Virus record (IMG/VR): IMGVR_UViG_3300012940_001454
Coordinates: 1 to 42,603 of that record
DNA length: 42,603 bases
From: a virus
Lineage: Duplodnaviria; Caudoviricetes
Direction: 5' to 3' (one strand)
A program made the translations under genes and the position numbers. Positions 18,658 through 27,077 of this stretch are shown one piece after another (positions within the stretch are counted from its first letter, which is position 1; each line of letters begins with the position of its first letter). Below the pieces are notes generated by a model, which ran no database searches, had not been told where the DNA came from, and saw only the letters and a list, made by a program, of their open reading frames with translations.

Positions 18658-20019
18658 CTACCCTACTCGAGCGATAGACTGGAACGAGCCGCCCTCTGCG
18701 GCAGGTGCGTGGTACTTACCCCGGAAGAATCGGCCTAGGGCCTCAACACCGTGGTTGTCTTTGTCCATCGGGTTCTCTGAATCCGACGTGACCTCTGACC
18801 TTCTCTCAGGCCACTTGTACCCCTCACGCATCTCCCAGGCCAGCTGCGTGCAGGATCGATCAATGACAAGCCTTGGCGCCCCGCTAGGCAGTCGTCCCTT
18901 CAGGGCGGTACGGATCAACGTAAGGCGATTCTTCAGTGAGCCGCCTGTGTTGTAGTGAGCAGGTATCCGTAGTACTCGCTCGAGGATCTGTGTGTCGTCA
19001 GGCTCCGCAGGGTCAGGATACAGAGCCTGACATGCGCGAATGAGCGGACCATCTTGGAACAACAGGTCTTCAGCGACCTGAGGTGTGTCTAGGCGTGTAA
19101 ATCTACGCTCTCGTAGCACACGCACCTGCTGATTGGACGGGTCTTCCTGAATGAACAGGACGACGAAGGGGTTTGTGAACCCGTAGTCCACCGCCATGTA
19201 GGTCGGTAAGAGCGGGTCGTACTTCAGGTCCGCCAGATGGATTTCATCGTCGTATTCCTGCATGACGACGCCCGTCTTATCCGTGAATTCTGCGCCGTAC
19301 TGACGAGCGAACTCATCCGCGGTCAGGTCAGCCTCAGCCTCCAGGATCTCGGGATCGTTTCGACCCCCAGGAAAGACGATGTTGTTAGTCCACGAGGGTC
19401 GCTTCCAGCTTCGCCAGGCGGGGAACTTGTCCGACTGTCCGCGCTGATAGAGTGAGTACAGAAGTGATTGCTCCGACTTACCCTCAGGCACCCCAGTGAA
19501 CAGAGCCCATCCACGCTTGTCGGACAACGCAGGACGGATGTACTGACCCCAGGTCCGCCTCTTGTGTCGTCCCGCCTCCACCATCAGCACGCCGTTAAGT
19601 CCTTCACCCACAAGGGTTTCCGGGTGCGCGGCAGACTTACCGATCAGCTCGAAGCCCCACGACGTCTTGATGTGCATGGAGCCGGTCGTGGAGTTGTTGA
19701 GGAACTTAATGGAGTCCCTATCGTAGCCTTGCCGACGTAGGGAGTCGTACACGACTCGGAATTCCTTCTCCGCGTCGCTGTATTGCGGGCCAACAATCCA
19801 CACGATCTGACCCTCTCCAGTGATCCAGCACGGCTGGAATGCTCGAGGCTCTGCCTCACGGGCGCCGAAGATGGTTTTACCCCATCGACGACCGTTGCTG
19901 ACTACTTTAAAGCGGGACCGTACGTAATGTAGCTCACGCTGTCCTTCGTGCGGTGTGTATCCCACCTTCTCGTAGTACTCAGACAGACGCATCCGCCTCA
20001 GGCGGGGTTGCGCCGTCAT
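18658..20019 (-). CDS. terL: Terminase large subunit
   Basis: PHEGQ; GRRWGKT Walker A; LVGEGL..VLMVE Walker B; VDYGFTNP nuclease; DKDNHGVEA. Confidence 0.95.
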   Translation of the reverse strand: MTAQPRLRRMRLSEYYEKVGYTPHEGQRELHYVRSRFKVVSNGRRWGKTIFGAREAEPRAFQPCWITGEGQIVWIVGPQYSDAEKEFRVVYDSLRRQGYDRDSIKFLNNSTTGSMHIKTSWGFELIGKSAAHPETLVGEGLNGVLMVEAGRHKRRTWGQYIRPALSDKRGWALFTGVPEGKSEQSLLYSLYQRGQSDKFPAWRSWKRPSWTNNIVFPGGRNDPEILEAEADLTADEFARQYGAEFTDKTGVVMQEYDDEIHLADLKYDPLLPTYMAVDYGFTNPFVVLFIQEDPSNQQVRVLRERRFTRLDTPQVAEDLLFQDGPLIRACQALYPDPAEPDDTQILERVLRIPAHYNTGGSLKNRLTLIRTALKGRLPSGAPRLVIDRSCTQLAWEMREGYKWPERRSEVTSDSENPMDKDNHGVEALGRFFRGKYHAPAAEGGSFQSIARVG

Positions 20020-20099
20020 TCGGCACCTCCAGACCCTGATCGCAGACCCACCCGAACTTGTAGATGCCCCTCTTCAGCTTCCCGCAGGTAGGCGAGTCA

Positions 20100-20375
20100 T
20101 CAGAAGTCGCCAGTCAGATCCGGCGGTGCGACAGAGTCCGGGCGAGAACCATCGTCCAGCGGGTCAATCGCATAGATCATCGCCAGACGTTCGGACGCGG
20201 TCGGCACGTGTGGAGTAGGCTGAATAAGCCCGCCCACACCACCGAACTCCGTGCCGTCACGGTAGTTTTCCTCACTTACCAGTGAGCGAGAAGACAACGA
20301 AGGCACAATCAGGTCCCGGTTCATGCGTGGCCCAAGGCCATAGTCGGGACCGACGGGAGGCTCTACCTGTGTCAC
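20100..20375 (-). CDS. Hypothetical protein
   Basis: GTGA overlap with upstream ORF. Confidence 0.55.
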   Translation of the reverse strand: MTQVEPPVGPDYGLGPRMNRDLIVPSLSSRSLVSEENYRDGTEFGGVGGLIQPTPHVPTASERLAMIYAIDPLDDGSRPDSVAPPDLTGDF

Positions 20376-20623
20376 TGTGTCACCCCCGAAATTGCTCGGA
20401 TCTTAGCCTCTGCCACCGTAAGATCCTCAGGTGTCAGAATGCCCTTGTCGATGAGTGCCTGACGTAGTACAGGATCGAACGGCCAAGGGGCGGCCTTGAC
20501 CTGAGGCCTCATAGGAGTCTGCCCCAGCTTGCCATTGAAGGCATGGTGAGAGTTATTCTCCTGATGCCATGCCCTTGCCTGACCACATGTGGTGCACTTC
20601 TCCTCATCAGTCGGGGAGGTCAT
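20372..20623 (-). CDS. Hypothetical protein with CxxC...H...H motif
   Basis: GGAGG RBS; CTTCGQARAWH...HHAF. Confidence 0.65.
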   Translation of the reverse strand: MTSPTDEEKCTTCGQARAWHQENNSHHAFNGKLGQTPMRPQVKAAPWPFDPVLRQALIDKGILTPEDLTVAEAKIRAISGVTQ

Positions 20624-21137
20624 CGTCGTCCTCCTCCACTACAGATCCCTCGATCATCCGACCCGTATACATCTCGTCCCCATCATCGAAGACGATAAGG
20701 TCGGCCAAAAGCTTCTCACCAACAGTGGCCTCTCTCACGGCCACACGTCGCTCGGGCGTACCGATGACGTATTCCAGGATCAACTTAATGGCCTGGAACT
20801 GATGGCTGTTGTCATCGTCCGCAGCGATCCTTGCCAGGGCCTTCAAGGCCGTAGGCATGATCTTACGCAGCTCGGCATAGGCGCCGATACGTACGCGACG
20901 CACCAGCTCCTCTTCTACCGCCGGGGTAATCCACGGCGGCGGAGCTTGCTTGCTGTACCCCTTGGGCTTCCCTGCGCAGAGCTCGGCGAATGACCAGGTC
21001 TCGATATCCGGCATGCCCAGCATGGGGATAGCGGACTTGACGTCCTGAGTCCCGCGTCGTATGCGAGTACGGATCTGTTCAGGACGAGTGCTTCTTATGG
21101 CACCCTTCCTGGTCGGGCTGTCCTTAAGTAGGGCCAT
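20607..21137 (-). CDS. Putative terminase small subunit
   Basis: 176 aa helical protein upstream of terL; AAGGGAG RBS; ALKALARI...FQAIKLILEYVIG. Confidence 0.55.
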   Translation of the reverse strand: MALLKDSPTRKGAIRSTRPEQIRTRIRRGTQDVKSAIPMLGMPDIETWSFAELCAGKPKGYSKQAPPPWITPAVEEELVRRVRIGAYAELRKIMPTALKALARIAADDDNSHQFQAIKLILEYVIGTPERRVAVREATVGEKLLADLIVFDDGDEMYTGRMIEGSVVEEDDDDLPD

Positions 21138-21160
21138 GGCTCAACCACTCCCTTGCCATA

Positions 21161-21192
21161 GAGAAAGCGACAGAGGATCGTCCCCTGTCGCT
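21161..21192 (-). terminator. Hairpin + U-tract upstream of putative terminase small subunit
   Basis: AGCGACAGGGGA-CGA-TCCTCTGTCGCT-TTCTC on minus strand. Confidence 0.6.
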
Positions 21193-21266
21193 GACTCTGA
21201 AACCAACTATATCAGTGTATCACACGTCAAACTCCAGCTTACTCGAGTCAGACGGGCTACACAGTC

Positions 21267-21791
21267 CTACTCGCCGGCGAGATGCTTGCCCGGACGCTGT
21301 TCCCCAACGAGTAGCACCCCAGAAACAGCTTCTCGAACCTCGTTCTCCGGGTCCGGGACTTCCAAGTCTGCTCGATGCCACTCAACATCGACGTCTGTCC
21401 TTGGCAGATCCGTCGTCGTCCACACCAGCCCTTCCTGCGTGTGCTCGACCCCGCGGTCCTTGAGCCAGACCATCATGCCGGAGAAGGTGTTCAGAAGTTC
21501 ATCTCGCTCTGCGCGTGCTCGGTCAAGCAACGCCTTCTGTTCCTGGTAGAGCACCTGCTCATCGGCGACGGCACGAGACAGACGAGCGATCTCGTCAGCG
21601 TCGCGGATGTTGATTTGCTCCAGCTCGGCGATGCGGGCCAGCAGGCGGTTGATGGCCTGCACCTGATTTCGGATCCGCTTCTCCATCCCTTCCTGATACG
21701 CCACCACCTGCGACGTCTTGACGGTGATGGTATCGGGAAACTTCGATACCTCCTCCGTCGTAACGATCGGCTGGACTTCATCCTCAGCCAT
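21267..21791 (-). CDS. Coiled-coil hypothetical protein
   Basis: GAGGAG RBS; heptad-rich central region. Confidence 0.7.
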   Translation of the reverse strand: MAEDEVQPIVTTEEVSKFPDTITVKTSQVVAYQEGMEKRIRNQVQAINRLLARIAELEQINIRDADEIARLSRAVADEQVLYQEQKALLDRARAERDELLNTFSGMMVWLKDRGVEHTQEGLVWTTTDLPRTDVDVEWHRADLEVPDPENEVREAVSGVLLVGEQRPGKHLAGE

Positions 21792-21821
21792 TACTTCTCC
21801 TCTGCTTGCGTGTGGACGAGC

Positions 21822-22052
21822 TCATACGAAGAGTCCTCCTCTCAGGACGTATTCAAGCATCAACATATCGCCCACAAGCCCGATGAGCAACAAGCCAAGT
21901 GCAAGGAATAGCACAGACACGTCCTCACGCTTGACACCAAGCACGCCAGAACGCCGGTAGGAGGCCCTCAGAGGCTCGTAGAGCAATTGTTGCGTGTCGT
22001 GTGTGTCGTCGCCAGGGTGATTGTGCCTGTGACGTCCAGGAGGCCTCTTCAT
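21822..22052 (-). CDS. Small membrane protein
   Basis: VSVLFLALGLLLIGLVG hydrophobic segment; ATGA overlap with thyX. Confidence 0.55.
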   Translation of the reverse strand: MKRPPGRHRHNHPGDDTHDTQQLLYEPLRASYRRSGVLGVKREDVSVLFLALGLLLIGLVGDMLMLEYVLRGGLFV

Positions 22053-22831
22053 CTGCCCACCGATTCACCAGAGGGCGGGATGGCTCTCAGCGAAGGCCCT
22101 TCGTCGGTCAGAACCACCTGAAGGTCTTGGTACAACGCCGGATCCGCCTCGCTCAGCTGGCCGAAGATGACCTGAGCCAGGCGACTGATCTCGAGGTCTG
22201 CCTCCGGCTGTAGACGCTTAAGAAGCATGTCCCGCCAGGCACGATGGTTGCCGGTAAGCACGATGGCTGTAGGGGTCATGTTGGGGAGTACGGCCCGCGC
22301 AGCTTCCCGCGCCCGCTTCTTGGCTAGGGTGCCAGTCAGACCCAGTTCCTGAGCCCGACGCTCGCCGATCGGGAGCAACTTTTCGTAGGCCTGGATTGCT
22401 GCATCCCACAGATCCAGCAGGATGTCAGACGCGGCTTCGGAATGCTCGAACAGCGGAGGTACCACGAAGTCCCGGACCATCACGTCAGGATTGAGAACCA
22501 CAAACCGCTGCGACAGCTGAGAAGGCGACAGGTGCCTGTGCCGAACCAGTTCGTGTGTCAGGGATCGAGACACCCCCTTGATGTAGAAAGTCACCGTCGC
22601 GTGCTCCATCACGGACCAGTGGCCGACTTCCTCGATGTGCCCGAGGTAGTCCTTGTTACTTCGGGTCCGGGGATTCGCCTTGTCGAAGGACTGGTAGCAA
22701 GCCCGTCCAGCGAATTCCACGAGCAGGGCGCCGTCGGTGCCGTCCTTGTCGGACTCCCACACATCCTCGCTTCGGATGGCCTGGTCGTCGTAGAACTCCG
22801 TACGACCGATCATGAAGACCTCAAGCGGCAT
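22049..22831 (-). CDS. thyX: Flavin-dependent thymidylate synthase
   Basis: EFAGRACYQS, GHWSVMEH, RHRHLSPSQLSQR signature, AREAARAVLP; start MPLEV at 22831. Confidence 0.96.
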   Translation of the reverse strand: MPLEVFMIGRTEFYDDQAIRSEDVWESDKDGTDGALLVEFAGRACYQSFDKANPRTRSNKDYLGHIEEVGHWSVMEHATVTFYIKGVSRSLTHELVRHRHLSPSQLSQRFVVLNPDVMVRDFVVPPLFEHSEAASDILLDLWDAAIQAYEKLLPIGERRAQELGLTGTLAKKRAREAARAVLPNMTPTAIVLTGNHRAWRDMLLKRLQPEADLEISRLAQVIFGQLSEADPALYQDLQVVLTDEGPSLRAIPPSGESVGR

Positions 22832-23093
22832 TGTGAGCCATTCCCTTTTTGGACGGTGCCAACGAGGAGTAGTACCTCGAAGGCAAGATGTGACATTGTG
22901 CTCCTGTGATGGTGCTCCACACCGGCGTACCGTTGGTGTGCTGCGCCCTCTCTCGGCCAAAGAAGCGGCCACGACCTCGAGCGCAATGGCGACCGCGACT
23001 TTCCTTCTGGATCAGGCCTGAAAGACCGTACTGCTGATAACCTTCCCACAGCAGTGTGACAACCAGGCTGATCAGGAGTGATATCTTGATCAT
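22821..23093 (-). CDS. Hypothetical protein with hydrophobic N-terminus
   Basis: MIKISLLISLVVTLLW; overlaps thyX start. Confidence 0.35.
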   Translation of the reverse strand: MIKISLLISLVVTLLWEGYQQYGLSGLIQKESRGRHCARGRGRFFGRERAQHTNGTPVWSTITGAQCHILPSRYYSSLAPSKKGMAHNAA

Positions 23094-23154
23094 TCATCGA
23101 TTGTGTCACCTGGACGACACTTGCGCAAACTTCATAGCTCTGTTTTCTACCAAC

Positions 23155-23188
23155 CAGCCCCGCAAAGCTCAGGGCCTCTGCGGGGCTG
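23155..23188 (-). terminator. GC-rich hairpin downstream of the small acidic ORF
   Basis: CAGCCCCGCA...TGCGGGGCTG inverted repeat. Confidence 0.6.
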
Positions 23189-23241
23189 ATCGGGCAAGGG
23201 AATCAGGTGAGGGGGTTTGCCTGTCGCCTTGCGTGTGGGGA

Positions 23242-23379
23242 CTACTCGCCGGCGGCGTCGCTGGTCGGGGCGGCCTCGGCATCGGTCCCTTCGGTGGGCA
23301 TGGCGTCCAGCATGTCCTGCAACTCGTCCTCAGCAGCGTTCGCCTCGGCGACGAGTTCGTTCTCGTGGTCCTTGTCCAT
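23242..23379 (-). CDS. 45-aa highly acidic peptide
   Basis: MDKDHENELVAEANAAEDELQDMLDAMPTEGTDAEAAPTSDAAGE; AAAGGGAAG RBS; own promoter and downstream hairpin. Confidence 0.65.
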   Translation of the reverse strand: MDKDHENELVAEANAAEDELQDMLDAMPTEGTDAEAAPTSDAAGE

Positions 23380-23418
23380 CAGATCACTTCCCTTTGTCGT
23401 TGTATCGATTGCCCATTC

Positions 23419-23447
23419 ATCATGTCGCACAAGGCTTCTGGTGTCAA
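23419..23447 (-). promoter_or_regulatory. SigA/HrdB-type promoter
   Basis: TTGACA (23447-23442), 17-nt spacer, CATGAT (23424-23419). Confidence 0.7.
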
Positions 23448-23448
23448 C

Positions 23449-23577
23449 TCACGAAACCCGAACCCAATCTACCCACATCGATTGGCTTTCCCAGTCTCCT
23501 GGCGTCCCTCCCCAGCCGCCTACGACTACGTTCAGGATGATCTGCTGCGGACCGGTGATCGTGAATGGCACAGAGCC
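23449..23577 (-). pseudogene. C-terminal relic of a GH16-like glycoside hydrolase
   Basis: GSVPFTITGPQQIILNVVVGGWGGTPGDWESQSMWVDWVRVS* matches the GH16 C-terminal pattern P..IILN..VGG.W.G.P....M.VD(Y/W)VRV. Confidence 0.6.
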
Positions 23578-23687
23578 TCGACGCGGTGCGGCGGTCCTGA
23601 CTCGACGACTCGCGGCCCCGGGGCGGGCACATCGCCCCGGGGGCCCAGTTGCTGCTGTCTTGGACCCGGGCGACGGTCACCCGGTGA

Positions 23688-24401
23688 TCAGGCGGGCCGG
23701 ATCATCTGGCCGAACAGGTCGATGGCGGAGTCCTGGAGGGCCTCCACCGTGAGCTTGAGGGCGACCCGAGCGGCGACCCAGCGTCCAGGTAAAGCGGCGA
23801 CCCAAGCGAGGGCCCAAGCGACGGCCTCAGCGACGGCCTCAGCGGCGACCCGAGCAGCGGCCTGAGCGGCGACCCGAGCGGCGGCCAAAGCGGCGACCCG
23901 AGCGGCGTACCCAGCGGCTTCCGCTAGCGTCGCCGCCTTCTGCTGCGCATCGCGCACCACCGGCCCGGCCTGCTGCGCCGCGACCAGGTCCACGATCCGA
24001 CGCAGATCCCGCAGTGCCGTCGCCTCAGCCGTCAGCCCGGCAAGGTCCAGCCACGCCGGGGTGTAGGTGCGGATCAGCCAGTCCAACGCCATGTACGAGC
24101 GGGTCTCGTCCAGGCCGTCATCCGCCGTTCCGATCAGCGACGGGATCAGCGGGCGCAGCTGCTGCCGCTTGTCGTCGGGCAGGACGTCGTTCAGGCCGCG
24201 GCCGAACGCACCGAGGACGGGGCTGACGCACTGCGGGTGGTCGGACCACGGTTCGCCTGCCATCCACGCGGCTGCCTCCAGGAGACACGCCTGGCCTGCG
24301 GTCGGGTCGAACTCGTCGGGCTGGTCGTGGCTGCCACTGCCGAGGCGTAGCGCGTTCAGGTCCAGCGGGCGGAGCGTTGTTGCCCGGGTGGGCGCGGTCA
24401 T
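23688..24401 (-). CDS. Hypothetical actinophage-type protein with Ala-rich repeat tail
   Basis: GSH...CLLEAAAWMAGEPWSDHPQCVSP...LND; very high GC3. Confidence 0.8.
   Translation of the reverse strand: MTAPTRATTLRPLDLNALRLGSGSHDQPDEFDPTAGQACLLEAAAWMAGEPWSDHPQCVSPVLGAFGRGLNDVLPDDKRQQLRPLIPSLIGTADDGLDETRSYMALDWLIRTYTPAWLDLAGLTAEATALRDLRRIVDLVAAQQAGPVVRDAQQKAATLAEAAGYAARVAALAAARVAAQAAARVAAEAVAEAVAWALAWVAALPGRWVAARVALKLTVEALQDSAIDLFGQMIRPA
23761..23905 (-). repeat. 12-nt tandem repeats (GCCGCTCGGGTC-like) encoding AARV/AA.A
   Basis: About 12 degenerate copies visible. Confidence 0.75.
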
Positions 24402-24724
24402 GACTGAGCCTCACCGTCGACGAACGCGGTGACCGCCCACCGGCAGCCGCCCTCCCAGGACTCCCACATGATGGAGTGGTAGCCCTCGTGCCGGTAGGCG
24501 GTAGGCTCGGCGGCGATGCCCAGTGCGCGGACCATGGCTGCCGCTTCGGCAAGCGAGTCATGCCCGGGTCGGCCGCGGTGGTAGCTGATGTCGGCGCCCA
24601 TGTCGATGTTGGCGATGGCGGTCGGCTCGGGCGCCCCGGCGTCAATCGCGGCGAGGATGCGGGCCAGTGCAGCGCGACCGGTGAGGCGCAGGCTGGCGGT
24701 GGTGTCGGGCTTAAACCAGTTCAT
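24398..24724 (-). CDS. Hypothetical protein (possibly chimeric)
   Basis: GAGGAG RBS; ATGA overlap with the next gene; GC content appears to jump after the first ~5 codons. Confidence 0.65.
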   Translation of the reverse strand: MNWFKPDTTASLRLTGRAALARILAAIDAGAPEPTAIANIDMGADISYHRGRPGHDSLAEAAAMVRALGIAAEPTAYRHEGYHSIMWESWEGGCRWAVTAFVDGEAQS

Positions 24725-24735
24725 GGCAATGAATG

Positions 24736-25128
24736 CTACTCCTCAGGGAGGTCTAAGTCAAACACTTGGCTTTTCCTGCGCTTCTCAGCGACGTGTGCGT
24801 CCCACAAAGCCCGTGCTTCTGCTATCGAATGCACATCTCCGAGTGTGTCGTACTTGAAGCTGTGGTGCTTGTTAGAGCCCAAGGGAGCCATGCAGTAACA
24901 GCGCACCCTGAGACCCGGCTCTCCAGCCTTCTTACTCGCACCAGTCAGGATCAGCTCACAAGGATTAGTTCCCAACACCTTGCCGAATCGATCCCTGTTT
25001 CCGCGCTGCTTTACTTTCCTGCGATGCATACAGGCCTGCTTAGAGGCACACTCCTCTTTGCCATCCCAGACACGAGTCTTGATTCTAGGGTGGTCAGCAA
25101 AGACCACACCACACCAAGGACACATCAC
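24736..25128 (-). CDS. Cys-rich hypothetical protein
   Basis: CPWC...EC...AC...CYC; overlapping starts and stops. Confidence 0.6.
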   Translation of the reverse strand: MMCPWCGVVFADHPRIKTRVWDGKEECASKQACMHRRKVKQRGNRDRFGKVLGTNPCELILTGASKKAGEPGLRVRCYCMAPLGSNKHHSFKYDTLGDVHSIAEARALWDAHVAEKRRKSQVFDLDLPEE

Positions 25129-25532
25129 GCGATCCTGATGCCGCCGAAACTCTCCTGATTGATGAGCTCCACAAGAACGGTCGCCTCCATCAGAGTGACC
25201 GTGTTCTCGATCTCGCTATCGGGACCAATCATTCGGTACCGAAAAAACGGGCCTTGCTGCTGCCCGTCATGCTCGAGGACGCCGCGATCCACCTCGATGG
25301 TGATCTCACGACCCAGCTCATTGATGAACGTCTTACTTGCCATCTCTCCTCCTGTTTGCCTCGTGCCATAGTCCTCTGCGTTGTAGATGGTACCACAGAG
25401 CGGACAGCCAATGATGCCGTAAGGCCAGTTGCTCTTGAACAGCAGTGCGGGCGGCAGGACGCCATAGACCCGGCTCTGTCTTTTACCACACCAACAGCGC
25501 CAGGTGACCACGCCGTTCTTCACGTTGACCAC
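25125..25532 (-). CDS. Hypothetical protein(s); internal GGAGGAG RBS suggests a second start at ~25343 (MASKTF)
   Basis: CWC...CPLC N-terminal half; internal RBS. Confidence 0.5.
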   Translation of the reverse strand: MVNVKNGVVTWRCWCGKRQSRVYGVLPPALLFKSNWPYGIIGCPLCGTIYNAEDYGTRQTGGEMASKTFINELGREITIEVDRGVLEHDGQQQGPFFRYRMIGPDSEIENTVTLMEATVLVELINQESFGGIRIA

Positions 25533-25689
25533 TTTCCAGTTGCACTGGGACTGGCGTGTGTTCTACGCCATAGATGGAGGCCCCACAGGGGCTACCTTGT
25601 GCAGACCATCGATCAGAGCCTTCTCTATGCGGCCCAGTCGAGGTCTGGCGCCATGCGCTTGAGTTCCTCGACCTCTTGGGCAAGGTCAC

Positions 25690-25869
25690 TCATGGTTTTT
25701 CCCCTGACCCCAGACACCATTGACCAAGAACCATCTGTCCCCGACTGAAGACATAGTGGCCTTTGTCACGAGGCGCCGGATGGCGATGACGAGCGAAGAC
25801 CCCATCGTCTGTAATCACTGTGTCCTGGCCACAGTGTTTGCACGGCTTCTTCTTTATCTCGAGGCTCAC
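25690..25869 (-). CDS. 59-aa Zn-binding small protein
   Basis: Manual translation MSLEIKKKPCKHCGQ...ARH...WCLGSGEKP; GTGA overlap with upstream gene. Confidence 0.65.
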   Translation of the reverse strand: MSLEIKKKPCKHCGQDTVITDDGVFARHRHPAPRDKGHYVFSRGQMVLGQWCLGSGEKP

Positions 25870-26195
25870 TTCTTCCTCTCCCTCTTGACCTTCACGGCCA
25901 CACCAACCGGTGTCGGCTGCAACGCGAGCTCTGCCTCCGCGGCCTCTCGATCCGCCTTCTCCTGAGCGAGTTGCGCCAGACGCTGCTCACGACGCCGCTC
26001 TCGGAACGCGCGGATCTCTTCGTCCTTGCGCACTCGCTCAGCCGAACGAACCTTCTTCTTCGGCGTCCGTGCCTCTGGAGGCTTGCCCTCCTTCCAGGCC
26101 TTGGTCTTTCCACCCTTCAGCGTCCGGCCTGGCCTCGCCGGAGACTTCACAGGCGCCTTCGCCTGAGAGCCCGGATCGCCCTTTCCCTTCGCCAT
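25866..26195 (-). CDS. Basic Lys/Arg-rich hypothetical protein
   Basis: GAAGGAGG RBS. Confidence 0.65.
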   Translation of the reverse strand: MAKGKGDPGSQAKAPVKSPARPGRTLKGGKTKAWKEGKPPEARTPKKKVRSAERVRKDEEIRAFRERRREQRLAQLAQEKADREAAEAELALQPTPVGVAVKVKRERKK

Positions 26196-26314
26196 CGCGG
26201 ATCCTCCTTCTCACTTGTTCGTGCTCCATAGCGGCGCGAATGGTGGCACCCTCTCGTTCCACACAACATCTCGTGTAGTACGGCATATTGGCTGTCCTGA
26301 AGACAGATGCGCAT

Positions 26315-26593
26315 CTAGTCACCGTCGGCTCCGTACATCACGTAGCGCTTCCCCATGCTGAGTAGCCCGGTGGCACGGTACGTGGGGATCCCACCGCTGG
26401 GCATGATGATAGAGTAGGCTGTCTCGTCATCGTCGGGTGTGTCGCCGGGAACTATCTCAGCTGCGACGACAATCCAGTCCACGAGAGTTCCTATGGATTC
26501 GTCAGGATTAGCCGCCTTGTACGCTTGACGGTGCGCCTCGATCGCCGCCTCTATGGCGTCGTTAGTGGCGACCTCTTCTGGTGTTCTTGACAT
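26315..26593 (-). CDS. Hypothetical protein
   Basis: AAGGAGG RBS before MSRTPEE; LVDWIVVAA...P.YR..GLL. Confidence 0.7.
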   Translation of the reverse strand: MSRTPEEVATNDAIEAAIEAHRQAYKAANPDESIGTLVDWIVVAAEIVPGDTPDDDETAYSIIMPSGGIPTYRATGLLSMGKRYVMYGADGD

Positions 26594-26647
26594 AGTTGCC
26601 TCCTTCTTAATGAACATAACATCTACAAATTGACGTAGATAAACGGT

Positions 26648-26790
26648 CTTACTCGCGCCGGCACGCCGGGGTGCGCATTATGCGAGCCGCGCATTATGCG
26701 CGATCGCGGCTGCATGTAGCGGCCGTGCGTCGGGGCGCACTCGCATAATGCGCGCCGGCATGGCGCGCGCCCCGGTGAGTTAGGGGTTAC
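26648..26790. repeat. Direct and inverted GCGCATTATGCG repeats in a long non-coding gap
   Basis: Direct copies at 26673-26686 and 26689-26700; inverted copy at 26740-26753. Confidence 0.7.
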
Positions 26791-27077
26791 CGTAGAGTGA
26801 ACCATTTCAATGGCTGCCTAACTAATCCTTACTCACGCTAGCGCAGCTGCTAGCGCGCGCTGACTCCATAAGATCGGAACGTAGATTGACCTTTGACGAT
26901 AGGGTACCACACCTCCTGCCGAGAGACTCGAGCGCAAACGGTGCGACGACGCGACGACAAACGTTTTGAGAGGCTCGTTTAAGGCCCCTCAGAGACACGC
27001 TGGCGCCCGTGCACCGGTGCTTGTATGAAATGACACGCATTTAACACCTGGCTGTCTCTACGGCGAAATGAGAGCCC

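Noticed and set aside
20020-20100. Gap before terL with open alternative frames
   Set aside because: No convincing start or motif; cannot support a gene or frameshift
23761-23905. Repeat array as a CRISPR array or DGR variable region
   Set aside because: Repeats are 12-nt in-frame coding units without spacers; no reverse transcriptase or template repeat seen
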